A stretch of DNA of 59,805 bases, the filler included. It is 4 parts of 4 records of this genome, joined end to end, with 100 filler letters (N's around TTAATTAATTAA, not from the genome) between each part and the next. Parts side by side here need not be neighbours in the genome. Positions count along the whole stretch, not along the records: positions 22,748 to 33,289 come from SRR31156797_15430; positions 33,390 to 54,375 come from SRR31156797_15433; 2 more parts are not named here. The stretch is one strand, 5' to 3'. Of the stretch, positions 33,223-42,174 are shown one piece after another; positions within the stretch are counted from its first letter, which is position 1; the number at the start of each line of letters is the position of its first letter. Under the pieces are notes generated by a model, which was given only the letters and a program-made list of their open reading frames with translations, searched no databases and was not told the origin of the DNA. Position numbers and translations under genes: made by a program.

Positions 33223-33289
33223 GTACTTGCCTGGTGTAAGGGCAAGCAAGATTTGACGTGTTACTTTTGACGTTTCAATGTGCTTCGCA

Positions 33290-33389
33290 NNNNNNNNNNN
33301 NNNNNNNNNNNNNNNNNNNNNNNNNNNNNNNNNTTAATTAATTAANNNNNNNNNNNNNNNNNNNNNNNNNNNNNNNNNNNNNNNNNNNN
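33290..33389. other. artificial contig spacer
   Basis: N44-TTAATTAATTAA-N44. Confidence 0.99.
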
Positions 33390-33865
33390 CGACCTTCGAG
33401 TGTGTACCAGTAAATTTGTCCCAATGCCGTGGCATCCGGGCCAAGCGCTGGTTTCACATCATCGGGTAAAGTCCCCGGTGGTAGCGAATTGAGTTTTTCG
33501 AGTATTCTGGTTCGCGACCAATAAAACTCCACATCTTCATTAAAAATGATATAGATGCTGGATAACCCGAAAATGGAATTACTACGGATGGTTTTCACTC
33601 CTGGTATTCCGAGCAATGCGGTAGTCAACGGGTATGAAACCTGATCTTCGATATCCTGTGGAGAACGACCTGACCATTCAGTATATACAATTTGCTGGTT
33701 TTCACCAATATCAGGGATAGCATCTACCGGAACCGGATCATTAGGTAAAACGCCAGTATCCCAGTTAAACGGCGAAGTTGAAATTCCCCAGGCAACAAAT
33801 ACAATAAGTGCCAGAAAAGTAACCAGCTTATTTTCAAGAAAAAACTTTATAATTTTATCAAACAT
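33390..33865 (-). CDS. CusA/CzcA heavy-metal RND transporter, N-terminal part
   Basis: PVDAIPDIGENQQIV.TEW.GRSPQDIEDQV.YPLTT, LGPDATALGQI. Confidence 0.92.
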
Positions 33866-33984
33866 AATCTTTCTTTTGTTTCATTGACAGCCATAATAAA
33901 TTAACTGCCATATTTAATTGATTTTTGGACACAAGATGAACTCCTATCATACTTTACTGATAGGAATTTTTCATGCAAAATCAA

Positions 33985-34350
33985 TCAACAAAGGAAAGAT
34001 TGCAAATTCGAAATACTATGTTTATGGGGGATCAGCGGTGGTGGACGCGATTGTTTTATGGTTTCAAAATCAATCTCCACCTCTGGTAATTCAATAAAAC
34101 GATACTGCACAAACAGATCATTAGTTGCAATTTTAACTTCAGGCTTTTGTACCACATCCTGTTCAGCATCCAACTGATAAATGTCGATGGTATCATCGCA
34201 ACAGTCACAACTATGTTCACAACAAGATTCTGCCTTAGCAAATAATGAAACATCAAATAGCTCACCACCAGAGTAGTGTTTATTCACCTGCCAGCCAAAC
34301 AGACCCACCAGGTAAGTTAACAGAGCGATATTTGAAAGAAAGTATTTCAT
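33985..34350 (-). CDS. Cys-rich small protein typical of Bacteroidota metal-efflux loci (HYC_CC_PP-like)
   Basis: HYS.G, SCCEHSCDCC, RPPP...SFLC; upstream of the cusA-like gene. Confidence 0.75.
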   Translation of the reverse strand: MKYFLSNIALLTYLVGLFGWQVNKHYSGGELFDVSLFAKAESCCEHSCDCCDDTIDIYQLDAEQDVVQKPEVKIATNDLFVQYRFIELPEVEIDFETIKQSRPPPLIPHKHSISNLQSFLC

Positions 34351-34442
34351 TGGTATAAGGTTAACAAAAAGACTTCAAGAATGTTGCCGGAATTTATAAT
34401 TTAGGATATCAGATTTTATTTAGCTTCAGGTTTTTAACTATA

Positions 34443-35333
34443 TTAACAAACAGGTCCCCAAAACACAGCCTCTTCAATAAACTGTTTAAATGTCATTAGT
34501 CCAACCTCCCCATCCTTACTTTTAATATAAAAACGCGATTTTACTTTATCCCATCCAAGAACAAATGATTGATGTTTGATAGACAAATAAAGTTTGTATG
34601 CTGTATACATTTGATTCATATATTGACTCACATCTTCTTCTGTTTGTAAATGAGGCGATTCCTCAATAATTTCTTTTATTAATTTTTTATCAATATCGAT
34701 AAGCTTTTCAAATTCTCCATTGGCAATATCAAATAAAACCTGGTCGTCAAGAATTTCCTCACCTAACTTCCTCAAAGGAAACAGCATACTAAAATTCTGT
34801 TGATCATAGCTTTGCCTATACCCATTTGTCAATACAGAATTGGTTTTCATATGCAATCCAAAGGGAATTAAATGAATAGTTATTTTTGAATCGGTACCAT
34901 ATTGAGGGATTTCCATGTCATAATAGAAAATAGCATTTTCTACTTCAGGTATTTCTTCATCCGGAATAAATGATTTGATTCCAAAACCTTCTGGTAAAAT
35001 ATCTTCCATAGGTCGATTGGATGAAACCATTTGTACCCAATCACAACTATATTCTTCTTTTTTCAAAAAAGTATATTTACCATAATTATCTTTGAAAGCT
35101 GCTACAGTGCTCGTACAACCACATCCACAAGTAGGCCAGTCACCTGAAATTTGAAGGTAACCATTTCTGGAATCATCAACTGCGGTGAAGTCCGGTTTAC
35201 CGTCTTCATCCATATCTTCGAAGTTGCTGTAGCATGCTTGCACCTGATCCCACAGCTGCTGGCTTAATGTTTTTTGAGAGTAGCTACTTGTGGCAAAAGA
35301 CATCATCAAAAACAATATAAACACTATTCTCAT
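34443..35333 (-). CDS. exported hypothetical protein
   Basis: Signal peptide, DMDEDG loop, CGCGC motif. Confidence 0.75.
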   Translation of the reverse strand: MRIVFILFLMMSFATSSYSQKTLSQQLWDQVQACYSNFEDMDEDGKPDFTAVDDSRNGYLQISGDWPTCGCGCTSTVAAFKDNYGKYTFLKKEEYSCDWVQMVSSNRPMEDILPEGFGIKSFIPDEEIPEVENAIFYYDMEIPQYGTDSKITIHLIPFGLHMKTNSVLTNGYRQSYDQQNFSMLFPLRKLGEEILDDQVLFDIANGEFEKLIDIDKKLIKEIIEESPHLQTEEDVSQYMNQMYTAYKLYLSIKHQSFVLGWDKVKSRFYIKSKDGEVGLMTFKQFIEEAVFWGPVC

Positions 35334-35338
35334 AATGG

Positions 35339-36094
35339 CTAACTTTTTTTTCTTTGGCTTAACTTCTTAACCTCTTTATTTTTTACAAATATCAGTTTAT
35401 TTCGACTTTTCGGATTTTCGCGCTGCTCAATCTCAAACTGCCCTGTAGACTTAATCAATGGAGTTAGTTTTTCAAATCCGTAATTTCTGGAATCAAAATT
35501 TGGTTGTTTCTTCTGCAAAAGGCCACCCACATCTCCAAGAAAAGCCCAACCCTCTTCATCAGAAAGATCTGAAATAGTGGATGAAATTAGCTTAATTTCT
35601 TTACGGGTAATTTTGTCAACATTATCCTTCTCAGATTCCTTTTCATCAGATTGTTTATCAACCTGTTTCTTCAATATTTCAAGATAAATAAACTTATCGC
35701 AAGCCACTATAAATGGCTCAGGAGTTTTTTTCTCTCCAATCCCAATCACCTGTAATCCAGCTTCCCGAAGCCGTGTTGCTAACCTTGTAAAATCGCTATC
35801 GCTTGACACAAGACAAAACCCCTGCACTTTTTGGGCATATAAAATATCCATGGCATCAATAATCATTGCGGAGTCTGTGGCATTTTTGCCCGAAGTATAT
35901 CCATATTGCTGAATAGGCGTAATGGCATTTTCAAGCAATAATGATTTCCATTTTGATAAATTAGGTTTGGTCCAATCTCCATAAATTCTTTTAATGGTAG
36001 GATTGCCATACTTCGCAATTTCTTCCATCATTTCTTTTACATTTCCCGGAGGAATATTATCGGCGTCAATTAGTACTGCTAAATTTGTATTCAT
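35339..36094 (-). CDS. NYN domain protein with C-terminal OST-HTH/LOTUS domain
   Basis: LIDADN, YGDW, GKNATD, VSSDSDF, FDSRNYG. Confidence 0.93.
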   Translation of the reverse strand: MNTNLAVLIDADNIPPGNVKEMMEEIAKYGNPTIKRIYGDWTKPNLSKWKSLLLENAITPIQQYGYTSGKNATDSAMIIDAMDILYAQKVQGFCLVSSDSDFTRLATRLREAGLQVIGIGEKKTPEPFIVACDKFIYLEILKKQVDKQSDEKESEKDNVDKITRKEIKLISSTISDLSDEEGWAFLGDVGGLLQKKQPNFDSRNYGFEKLTPLIKSTGQFEIEQRENPKSRNKLIFVKNKEVKKLSQRKKS

Positions 36095-36231
36095 AGTATA
36101 AAGGTATTTCTTTTATCGAATTATAGGAATCCACAAGCAAATTTTAATAAAAACACACTAAATATTAGGCATTTATAAATGAAAAGAATCATTAAACAGC
36201 GAAAAAGCAACGATTATAATATTTCGAAGCT

Positions 36232-37812
36232 TTACTCAGTTTGACCAAGTTTTTCATTTGATAAAGGAATGAAACGCGCACTTAAATCAGGATCTACCAT
36301 ATCTTTATCTAAAGGATACATCGGTCGTTTAATACGCTTGTATGGTAATCTTTCCAAATCCTGATCGACTCCTCCCGGCGTTAAAGCCATAATCCAATCG
36401 CCACGCATGTTATATAGTTCAGGAACTAAATAACCTATTTTTACCACTACAATATCTGCTTCACGAGGGTTAAGGTTCAGATTGGTAAAATCTATTTCGT
36501 GATGATAAGGTTTGCGTTTTTTAGTCACTATAATTCTTGCACTTCCCACACGAACCACTACCTCTGCTTCCGCATATTTATCACCTTCATGAATTGATTC
36601 AACTACACCTTTCAATTTTACAGGCCCCTGATAACGATCATCGACTTCAGCACCCACAAACTCATCTACTTTTCCGCCTACTCCAACCTTTAAAGCTTGT
36701 TCAATTAATTTTGGCCCCGGAATAGATGCATAAATTAATGTAGGTCCTTCCAGTTTCTTGAATGCCACCTCATCCAGAATTTGTTTCAATGTCCAGGTTA
36801 CATCTCCGGCACCACCAGCTGTAGGATTATCGCCCATATCACTGATAATGAATGGTTTTTCATCACTTTCCAAAGCCATTTTCAGGCTTTCTTCTAATGA
36901 AGCAACCGGAGCAACAAATTCAAATTGCTCCCGAACATCCCAAAAGTATTTTGCGAACTCTTCTGCTGATTCTTTAACTTGCTGCTTATCATCACCTGTA
37001 ACCATAACCACCGCATGGTTTCGAGGTTCATCTGCCCAGGCATATCCAACCCAAATAGCTGCATCCAATACACCATTTTTTTGAGTTAACGGTTCAACCT
37101 TAGCATATAGACTTTTTGCTGGTTCTATACGCGTACTTGTTTTCTCTCCAGGTAATAAAATCGGAACTGGAATCCAGGTCTTAAAAGCAGGTCTGCCTTT
37201 TCCTGATTTAAGTCTATCCAGTAAATTCGTTAATGCTCTTTTTTTTGATTCGATAGCATCTTCGTGTGGTGCCATTCTATAACAAGTAATCAAATCTGAT
37301 TGATGTGCCAAACGTGGGGAAACATTTCCATGCAAATCCATTGAAGTTGAAATTAAAGCATCTTCTCCAACTACCTCACGTACTCGTTGTATCATATCTC
37401 CTTCCGGGTCGTCTATTCCAACTACACTCATTGCTCCGTGTATATCGAAAAATACTCCATCATAAGGCAAATTAGCTTCCAATTTTGAAAGCATTTTTCC
37501 CATCAAACTTTCGTAAGCTTCTTTTGTAACTATTCCTCCTGGTAAGGCATGTCCCCGAAGTGCGGGAAAATATTCAGCGCGTTTACGAGTAGCCGAATCT
37601 TCATTCATAAAAGGATAATAGCTATAAACTTCATTCCCAATACGGGCATGAAAAGCATCCTCATGGGTTTGGGCAGGTGAAAATGTGCTGGATTCAATGG
37701 CAAGACCGCAAATTGCGATACGAGGAAGTTCTTTTGAATCCGCTGATTTTTTGTTCGGGTTGCAACTTATAAAAAATGATAAGGCTAATAAGATTATGGT
37801 TGTATTTTTCAT
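36232..37812 (-). CDS. M81 family (MlrC-like) metallohydrolase, lipoprotein
   Basis: Lipobox FISC; ESSTFSP, HGAM, DLHGN, YRMAPHED, DNPTAGG. Confidence 0.9.
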   Translation of the reverse strand: MKNTTIILLALSFFISCNPNKKSADSKELPRIAICGLAIESSTFSPAQTHEDAFHARIGNEVYSYYPFMNEDSATRKRAEYFPALRGHALPGGIVTKEAYESLMGKMLSKLEANLPYDGVFFDIHGAMSVVGIDDPEGDMIQRVREVVGEDALISTSMDLHGNVSPRLAHQSDLITCYRMAPHEDAIESKKRALTNLLDRLKSGKGRPAFKTWIPVPILLPGEKTSTRIEPAKSLYAKVEPLTQKNGVLDAAIWVGYAWADEPRNHAVVMVTGDDKQQVKESAEEFAKYFWDVREQFEFVAPVASLEESLKMALESDEKPFIISDMGDNPTAGGAGDVTWTLKQILDEVAFKKLEGPTLIYASIPGPKLIEQALKVGVGGKVDEFVGAEVDDRYQGPVKLKGVVESIHEGDKYAEAEVVVRVGSARIIVTKKRKPYHHEIDFTNLNLNPREADIVVVKIGYLVPELYNMRGDWIMALTPGGVDQDLERLPYKRIKRPMYPLDKDMVDPDLSARFIPLSNEKLGQTE

Positions 37813-37910
37813 TTTGTGCAGTGAATTAGTTTTGGATAGTCAAATTTACAATTTTATATAATGTCCAATTATTATTTTACTAAACAACTACATAAAACCT
37901 TAATCAGCAG

Positions 37911-38010
37911 CGTCATTGCGATGAGTGTAACGAAGAAGCAATCTGTTTCAATCTTCAGTTTCAATAATCTTGAAACAGATTACTTCGTCACTACGTTCCT
38001 CGTAATGACG
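37911..38010. repeat. 100-bp REP-like palindromic element
   Basis: CGTCATTGCGA...GAAGCAATCTGTTTCAA / TTGAAACAGATTACTTC...TCGTAATGACG. Confidence 0.8.
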
Positions 38011-38044
38011 CGTCTTCGATTCATCTTATGAACCTTTAGGTACT

Positions 38045-38803
38045 TCATCCTATTACAACTTCATTTAAAATATTTAGCATAGCTTTGATCTGTACCTGAT
38101 CAACTGAAATATGTTTAAACTCTTCCGGGTTTGACCTTCCACTCATACTAACTGAATCATTTTGGAATAGCATTTCACCCTGTATTAAAGTTTTGGCACT
38201 GCTATGAAACTCTTTTGCATTGGTTTGCTGAATTAATGTTTCAAGGTTTTTATCATTGACTCCACTACCAGGCATAATGATAATTTTATCCTCAGCTTTT
38301 TCAACCAACTTTCCAATTAACTCTGTTCCTTCAATGGCAGTGTTTTTTGCCCCTGATGTTAAAATGCGATTTACGCCTAAATCAATGAGCTGACCTAAAG
38401 CTTTGAAAGGATCATTACACATATCAAAGGCACGGTGAAAAGTGACCTCCATGTCACCAGCCAATGTTACAATTTCTTTGGTTCGATTGATGTCAATTTC
38501 TCCATCTGAAGTCAAAAAACCAATAACTACACCACTTGCACCAAGTGCTTTTATTTGCCTCACATCTTCTTTGATGATTTCATATTCAAGTTCTGAATAT
38601 AAAAAATCACCGCCTCGTGGACGTACAATCACATTCACAGGAATATCAAGTTGCTCAATCACAGTCTTTATTGTTCCATAAGAAGGAGTTGTACCTCCTT
38701 CCTGGTAATTATCACACAATTCAATGCGTTGTGCCCCGGCCTTTTCGGCCAAAATAGCAGATTCAGCAGTGTAGCAGCAAACTTCAAGCTTCCTATCAAC
38801 CAT
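38045..38803 (-). CDS. cutC: CutC family protein
   Basis: LEVC, RIELC...EGGTTPS, RPRGGDF, TFHRAFD, ILTSG. Confidence 0.95.
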   Translation of the reverse strand: MVDRKLEVCCYTAESAILAEKAGAQRIELCDNYQEGGTTPSYGTIKTVIEQLDIPVNVIVRPRGGDFLYSELEYEIIKEDVRQIKALGASGVVIGFLTSDGEIDINRTKEIVTLAGDMEVTFHRAFDMCNDPFKALGQLIDLGVNRILTSGAKNTAIEGTELIGKLVEKAEDKIIIMPGSGVNDKNLETLIQQTNAKEFHSSAKTLIQGEMLFQNDSVSMSGRSNPEEFKHISVDQVQIKAMLNILNEVVIG

Positions 38804-38805
38804 TA

Positions 38806-40401
38806 TTATTCGTTTTCGAAAATATACTTTGCATATTTTATATCATTGGCATCCAACCATTTTGCAAACAATTTAAATCGACGTTTAAAATCTTCAAAAT
38901 CCTGGTATTGCTCATCAGTCCACAACACCTCAGCTAAAGCTGCCATACGAGGCATAATCATATGCTCCACATGGTCAGGCGTCTTCATGTATTCCGTCCA
39001 TACGTTTCCTTGGGCACCCCAAACCATATTCTTTAGCTCTTTTGGTAGATCATTCCTAACCGGGTTTTTAATATAAAGCGAATCAACCGGTGTGCAACCA
39101 CCAATAGCAGGTGGTTCAATAGAATCTTTCAAAGTAGTTTGATAATGATCGAAATAACAAAGAGACGCTGGTGTATAAATAATTTTATGCCCGTGTTCCG
39201 CTGCTTCCAATGCAGGACTAGGTTTAACCCAACTGCGCCAAAAAGTTACTTCTGCATCTTCAGGTGCGCCGCCTTCCAATATTTCATCCCAACCCACTAT
39301 GGTTTTGTCTTTTGTTCTCAAATAATCGGCTATTCGTTTAATAAAATAGCTTTGTAAATCAGCTTCTGTTTTGACTCCAAGCTCTTTCATTCTTTGCTGA
39401 ATTCTGGCTGAAGCTTTCCACTGATCCTTCACAGCCTCATCGCCACCAATGTGGATGTATTTACCTGGAAATAACTCTACTACTTCAGATAGAACCCCTT
39501 CCAAAAACTCAAATGTTGATTCTTCCACATTGTAAATGTATGGCGAAACGCCCCAGCGAGTCCATACATCAATCTTTTCTCCTGTCACACCTAATTCAGG
39601 ATAAGCAGCAATGGCTGATTGCGCATGACCAGGCATTTCTATCTCCGGTATAATTGTAATTCCTCGTTGTGAGGCATAAGCAACAATGTCTTTAATCTCT
39701 TCCTGAGTATAAAATCCCTCATGAGGCACACCATCATATTCAAAAGGTGGCCTTCCCCCATGGCCTATTAATGTTTCTTTTCTTTTTGAACCGACCACTG
39801 TCAATTTTGGATATTTCTTTATTTCAATTCGCCAACCCTGATCATCAACTAAATGCCAATGGAAATAACTCATTTTAAGCATAGCCATCATGTCAATGTA
39901 CTGCTTTATAAATTCTACCGGCATAAAATGGCGGGCTACATCTAAATGCATACCCCGGTAATCATAATTAGGGGCATCGGTTATGGATTGACATTGAATT
40001 CCTTCACCAGTTTGCTTAGCAAAGAAAAGCAGTTGTCGGATTGTTTGTATGCCATATTTTAAACCGCTACTATTGCCTGCTTTAAGTACAATGGTTTTTC
40101 TATTTATATCAAGCTGGTAAGCATCTTTTTTTATTTCTTTATCTACACTAAAATCAATAGACTTTGCAGCATCTTGATTTAAGCTAATCTTTAGGTCAGC
40201 GAGATATTCCTTCAGGAAATCAGCCTCACTGGTATTTTCAGCCTGGTATTTTATTAAAAGATTTTCAGGGAAATCGAATTGTCCAGATTTAAATTCAATT
40301 TGATCTGGCTTTGGAATAAGTGATGTTTGGCTGTTTACGGGTTCTTTTTCGCAAGATATTATAATGAAAATCGCAATTGTAAATAAAAATAAATTTTTCA
40401 T
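38806..40401 (-). CDS. beta-N-acetylhexosaminidase (GH20), lipoprotein
   Basis: RGMHLDVARHF, HWHLVDDQGWR, PEIEMPGH, HIGGDEA, WTEY. Confidence 0.95.
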   Translation of the reverse strand: MKNLFLFTIAIFIIISCEKEPVNSQTSLIPKPDQIEFKSGQFDFPENLLIKYQAENTSEADFLKEYLADLKISLNQDAAKSIDFSVDKEIKKDAYQLDINRKTIVLKAGNSSGLKYGIQTIRQLLFFAKQTGEGIQCQSITDAPNYDYRGMHLDVARHFMPVEFIKQYIDMMAMLKMSYFHWHLVDDQGWRIEIKKYPKLTVVGSKRKETLIGHGGRPPFEYDGVPHEGFYTQEEIKDIVAYASQRGITIIPEIEMPGHAQSAIAAYPELGVTGEKIDVWTRWGVSPYIYNVEESTFEFLEGVLSEVVELFPGKYIHIGGDEAVKDQWKASARIQQRMKELGVKTEADLQSYFIKRIADYLRTKDKTIVGWDEILEGGAPEDAEVTFWRSWVKPSPALEAAEHGHKIIYTPASLCYFDHYQTTLKDSIEPPAIGGCTPVDSLYIKNPVRNDLPKELKNMVWGAQGNVWTEYMKTPDHVEHMIMPRMAALAEVLWTDEQYQDFEDFKRRFKLFAKWLDANDIKYAKYIFENE

Positions 40402-40597
40402 GATCGTGTGCATTGGGTAGATTTTAGATTTTGAGTAAAAATAGGAAGAAAATGGAGATTGACCTTTAACAAGATTGGAAATGTTTAAAATGTAGATTAT
40501 CGATAGAAAAAAAAATATAATTCAATATATTTCACCGATAAAACTGTCGCATTTTAAATTGTGGGCGCATCGCGGCGAATTGATTCATGGTTAAATA

Positions 40598-40646
40598 ATC
40601 CACGGGTTAAAACTCGGGGCTATAAATATTTAATCCCTTCGGGATT
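40598..40646. repeat. REP-like double hairpin
   Basis: CCACGGGTTAAAACTCGGGG and AATCCC-TTC-GGGATT. Confidence 0.45.
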
Positions 40647-40727
40647 AAAAAAATAATTTCATTATGTTAATCATACTTAAGGGTCAACTAATTTTACGAA
40701 ATATCGCTGCCCAATATTAAAATCACC

Positions 40728-40824
40728 TGTTCATTTTCGGACAATGTAAAAGTTAAATGACATTTAACACTTAATCTATCGTTCTGATTACATGACACTT
40801 AAGCTGAATGGCACGCAATTAGCA
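40728..40824 (+). promoter_or_regulatory. sigma54 promoter with upstream palindromic enhancer-like site
   Basis: TGGCACGCAATTAGCA at 40809-40824 (consensus TGGCACG-N4-TTGCA); TGTTCATTTTCGGACA at 40728-40743. Confidence 0.65.
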
Positions 40825-40919
40825 AATATTGAATTGTAACGAATTGATGAAAGAAGCGTCATAAGTACAAACGAACAAAAAATAACCCAAAAAGATTAAC
40901 CCAATTAAACCCTAAAACG

Positions 40920-41267
40920 ATGCAAAATTTAAAAACCTTAACCCGAATCGCAACAATAGTAGCAATTCTATTTGTGAGCACTGCAGCTCTTAAAGCCATG
41001 AACCCTCCTGCAACCATGAGTATGGTAAAAGCACAAATGATCCAAAAAACCCTTGATAAAGCTGTTGACTTTCCTCAAGAAGCAGGTGTAACCGGAACTG
41101 TAAAAGCTCAATTAAACATTGATGCTGATGGAAAAGTAACAGTAGAAGAAATTAACGGTCAACCTGAACTAAAAGCCTACGTTATCAAACAACTTGAAAA
41201 CGTAACATTTGAAGATTACAGTTTGACAGGAAAAACCTTTATTGCCAAATTCGATTTTAGAAATTAA
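40920..41267 (+). CDS. small exported protein with TonB C-terminal-like pattern
   Basis: Signal peptide; FP..A...G.V.....IDADGKV pattern. Confidence 0.7.
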   Translation: MQNLKTLTRIATIVAILFVSTAALKAMNPPATMSMVKAQMIQKTLDKAVDFPQEAGVTGTVKAQLNIDADGKVTVEEINGQPELKAYVIKQLENVTFEDYSLTGKTFIAKFDFRN

Positions 41268-41272
41268 AAACC

Positions 41273-41367
41273 TTAACCCGCCTAATTCTAAAAAAATAGT
41301 GTCCAAATAAAGCACTTGAGAAAATCTCATAGACAATACAATAGTTAGTAAGAATTAGGCGGGCTAA
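41273..41367. mobile_element. 95-bp element bounded by 17-bp inverted repeats (MITE or structured 3' RNA)
   Basis: TTAACCCGCCTAATTCT (41273-41289) / AGAATTAGGCGGGCTAA (41351-41367), one mismatch. Confidence 0.5.
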
Positions 41368-41399
41368 CATTTATCGCTAATACAATTAGAACTTGTTTG

Positions 41400-41428
41400 G
41401 AGCTACCCGGAAACGGGTGGCTTTTTTT
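41400..41428 (+). terminator. intrinsic terminator
   Basis: AGCTACCCG-GAAA-CGGGTGGCT-TTTTTT. Confidence 0.85.
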
Positions 41429-41431
41429 AGA

Positions 41432-42028
41432 TCAAGGTCCAAGCTCTCGCCTGACCCTTTCTATATCTATTGACTGATTGATTATTATATCTGTGTTAAA
41501 TTTTCTGTCCCGGTATTTTGCCCCAGTCTTATAAAACTCAGTTCCTTCAAAGAAAGGTTTAGATTGATCAATTACACCCTTATACTTCATGTTTCCATTT
41601 GGATGAAATTCCATATAGATTCCATTAACCAATCCATCTTTAACTGTGGTTAGACACTTGATTCCATCTTTTTGGTAAACTTTTAATGGTCCGAAAATAA
41701 TACCATTATTTAAAGTAACTTCATACAGTAGATCACCAATAACCATTGTGCTTTCTGGCCTTTTTTTCCTTAGGTTATAGGTATAAATTTTCCAAATACC
41801 ATGCTTTTTACCGTCAACATATTTACCTTTTTTCCATAGTTTTTGCCTCACAACAGTATCAAACTTATAGGTACGAAGATTTTCAAAAACTAGCGTATCA
41901 AACTTATAATACTCCCAATAACCTTGTTTTAATCCACTGGCATCTGTTTGATTGATAGAAGCATTGCCCTGCGAAAAAGCAGAAAATGTTGTAAAGAAAA
42001 ATAGTATATATAGAATATTTTTAAGCAT
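41432..42028 (-). CDS. exported MORN-variant/YwqK-like repeat protein
   Basis: GLKQGYW, GKYVDGKKHGIW, FHPNGNMKYKG repeats. Confidence 0.75.
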   Translation of the reverse strand: MLKNILYILFFFTTFSAFSQGNASINQTDASGLKQGYWEYYKFDTLVFENLRTYKFDTVVRQKLWKKGKYVDGKKHGIWKIYTYNLRKKRPESTMVIGDLLYEVTLNNGIIFGPLKVYQKDGIKCLTTVKDGLVNGIYMEFHPNGNMKYKGVIDQSKPFFEGTEFYKTGAKYRDRKFNTDIIINQSIDIERVRRELGP

Positions 42029-42174
42029 CGAAAAAACAATATTAGTGCAACCACAATTTTACAAACGGCAAATTACAATATAAAATGATGTATTAAAATC
42101 ATTTTTTATTAATAGGGCTTTTCTTCGTATTAAGCTTTCTTCTGAATTGAGCAACTGATATATAGATAGGGTAC

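Noticed and set aside
36232-37812. Microcystin degradation inferred from MlrC similarity
   Set aside because: No mlrA, mlrB or mlrD nearby; M81 is a broad family.
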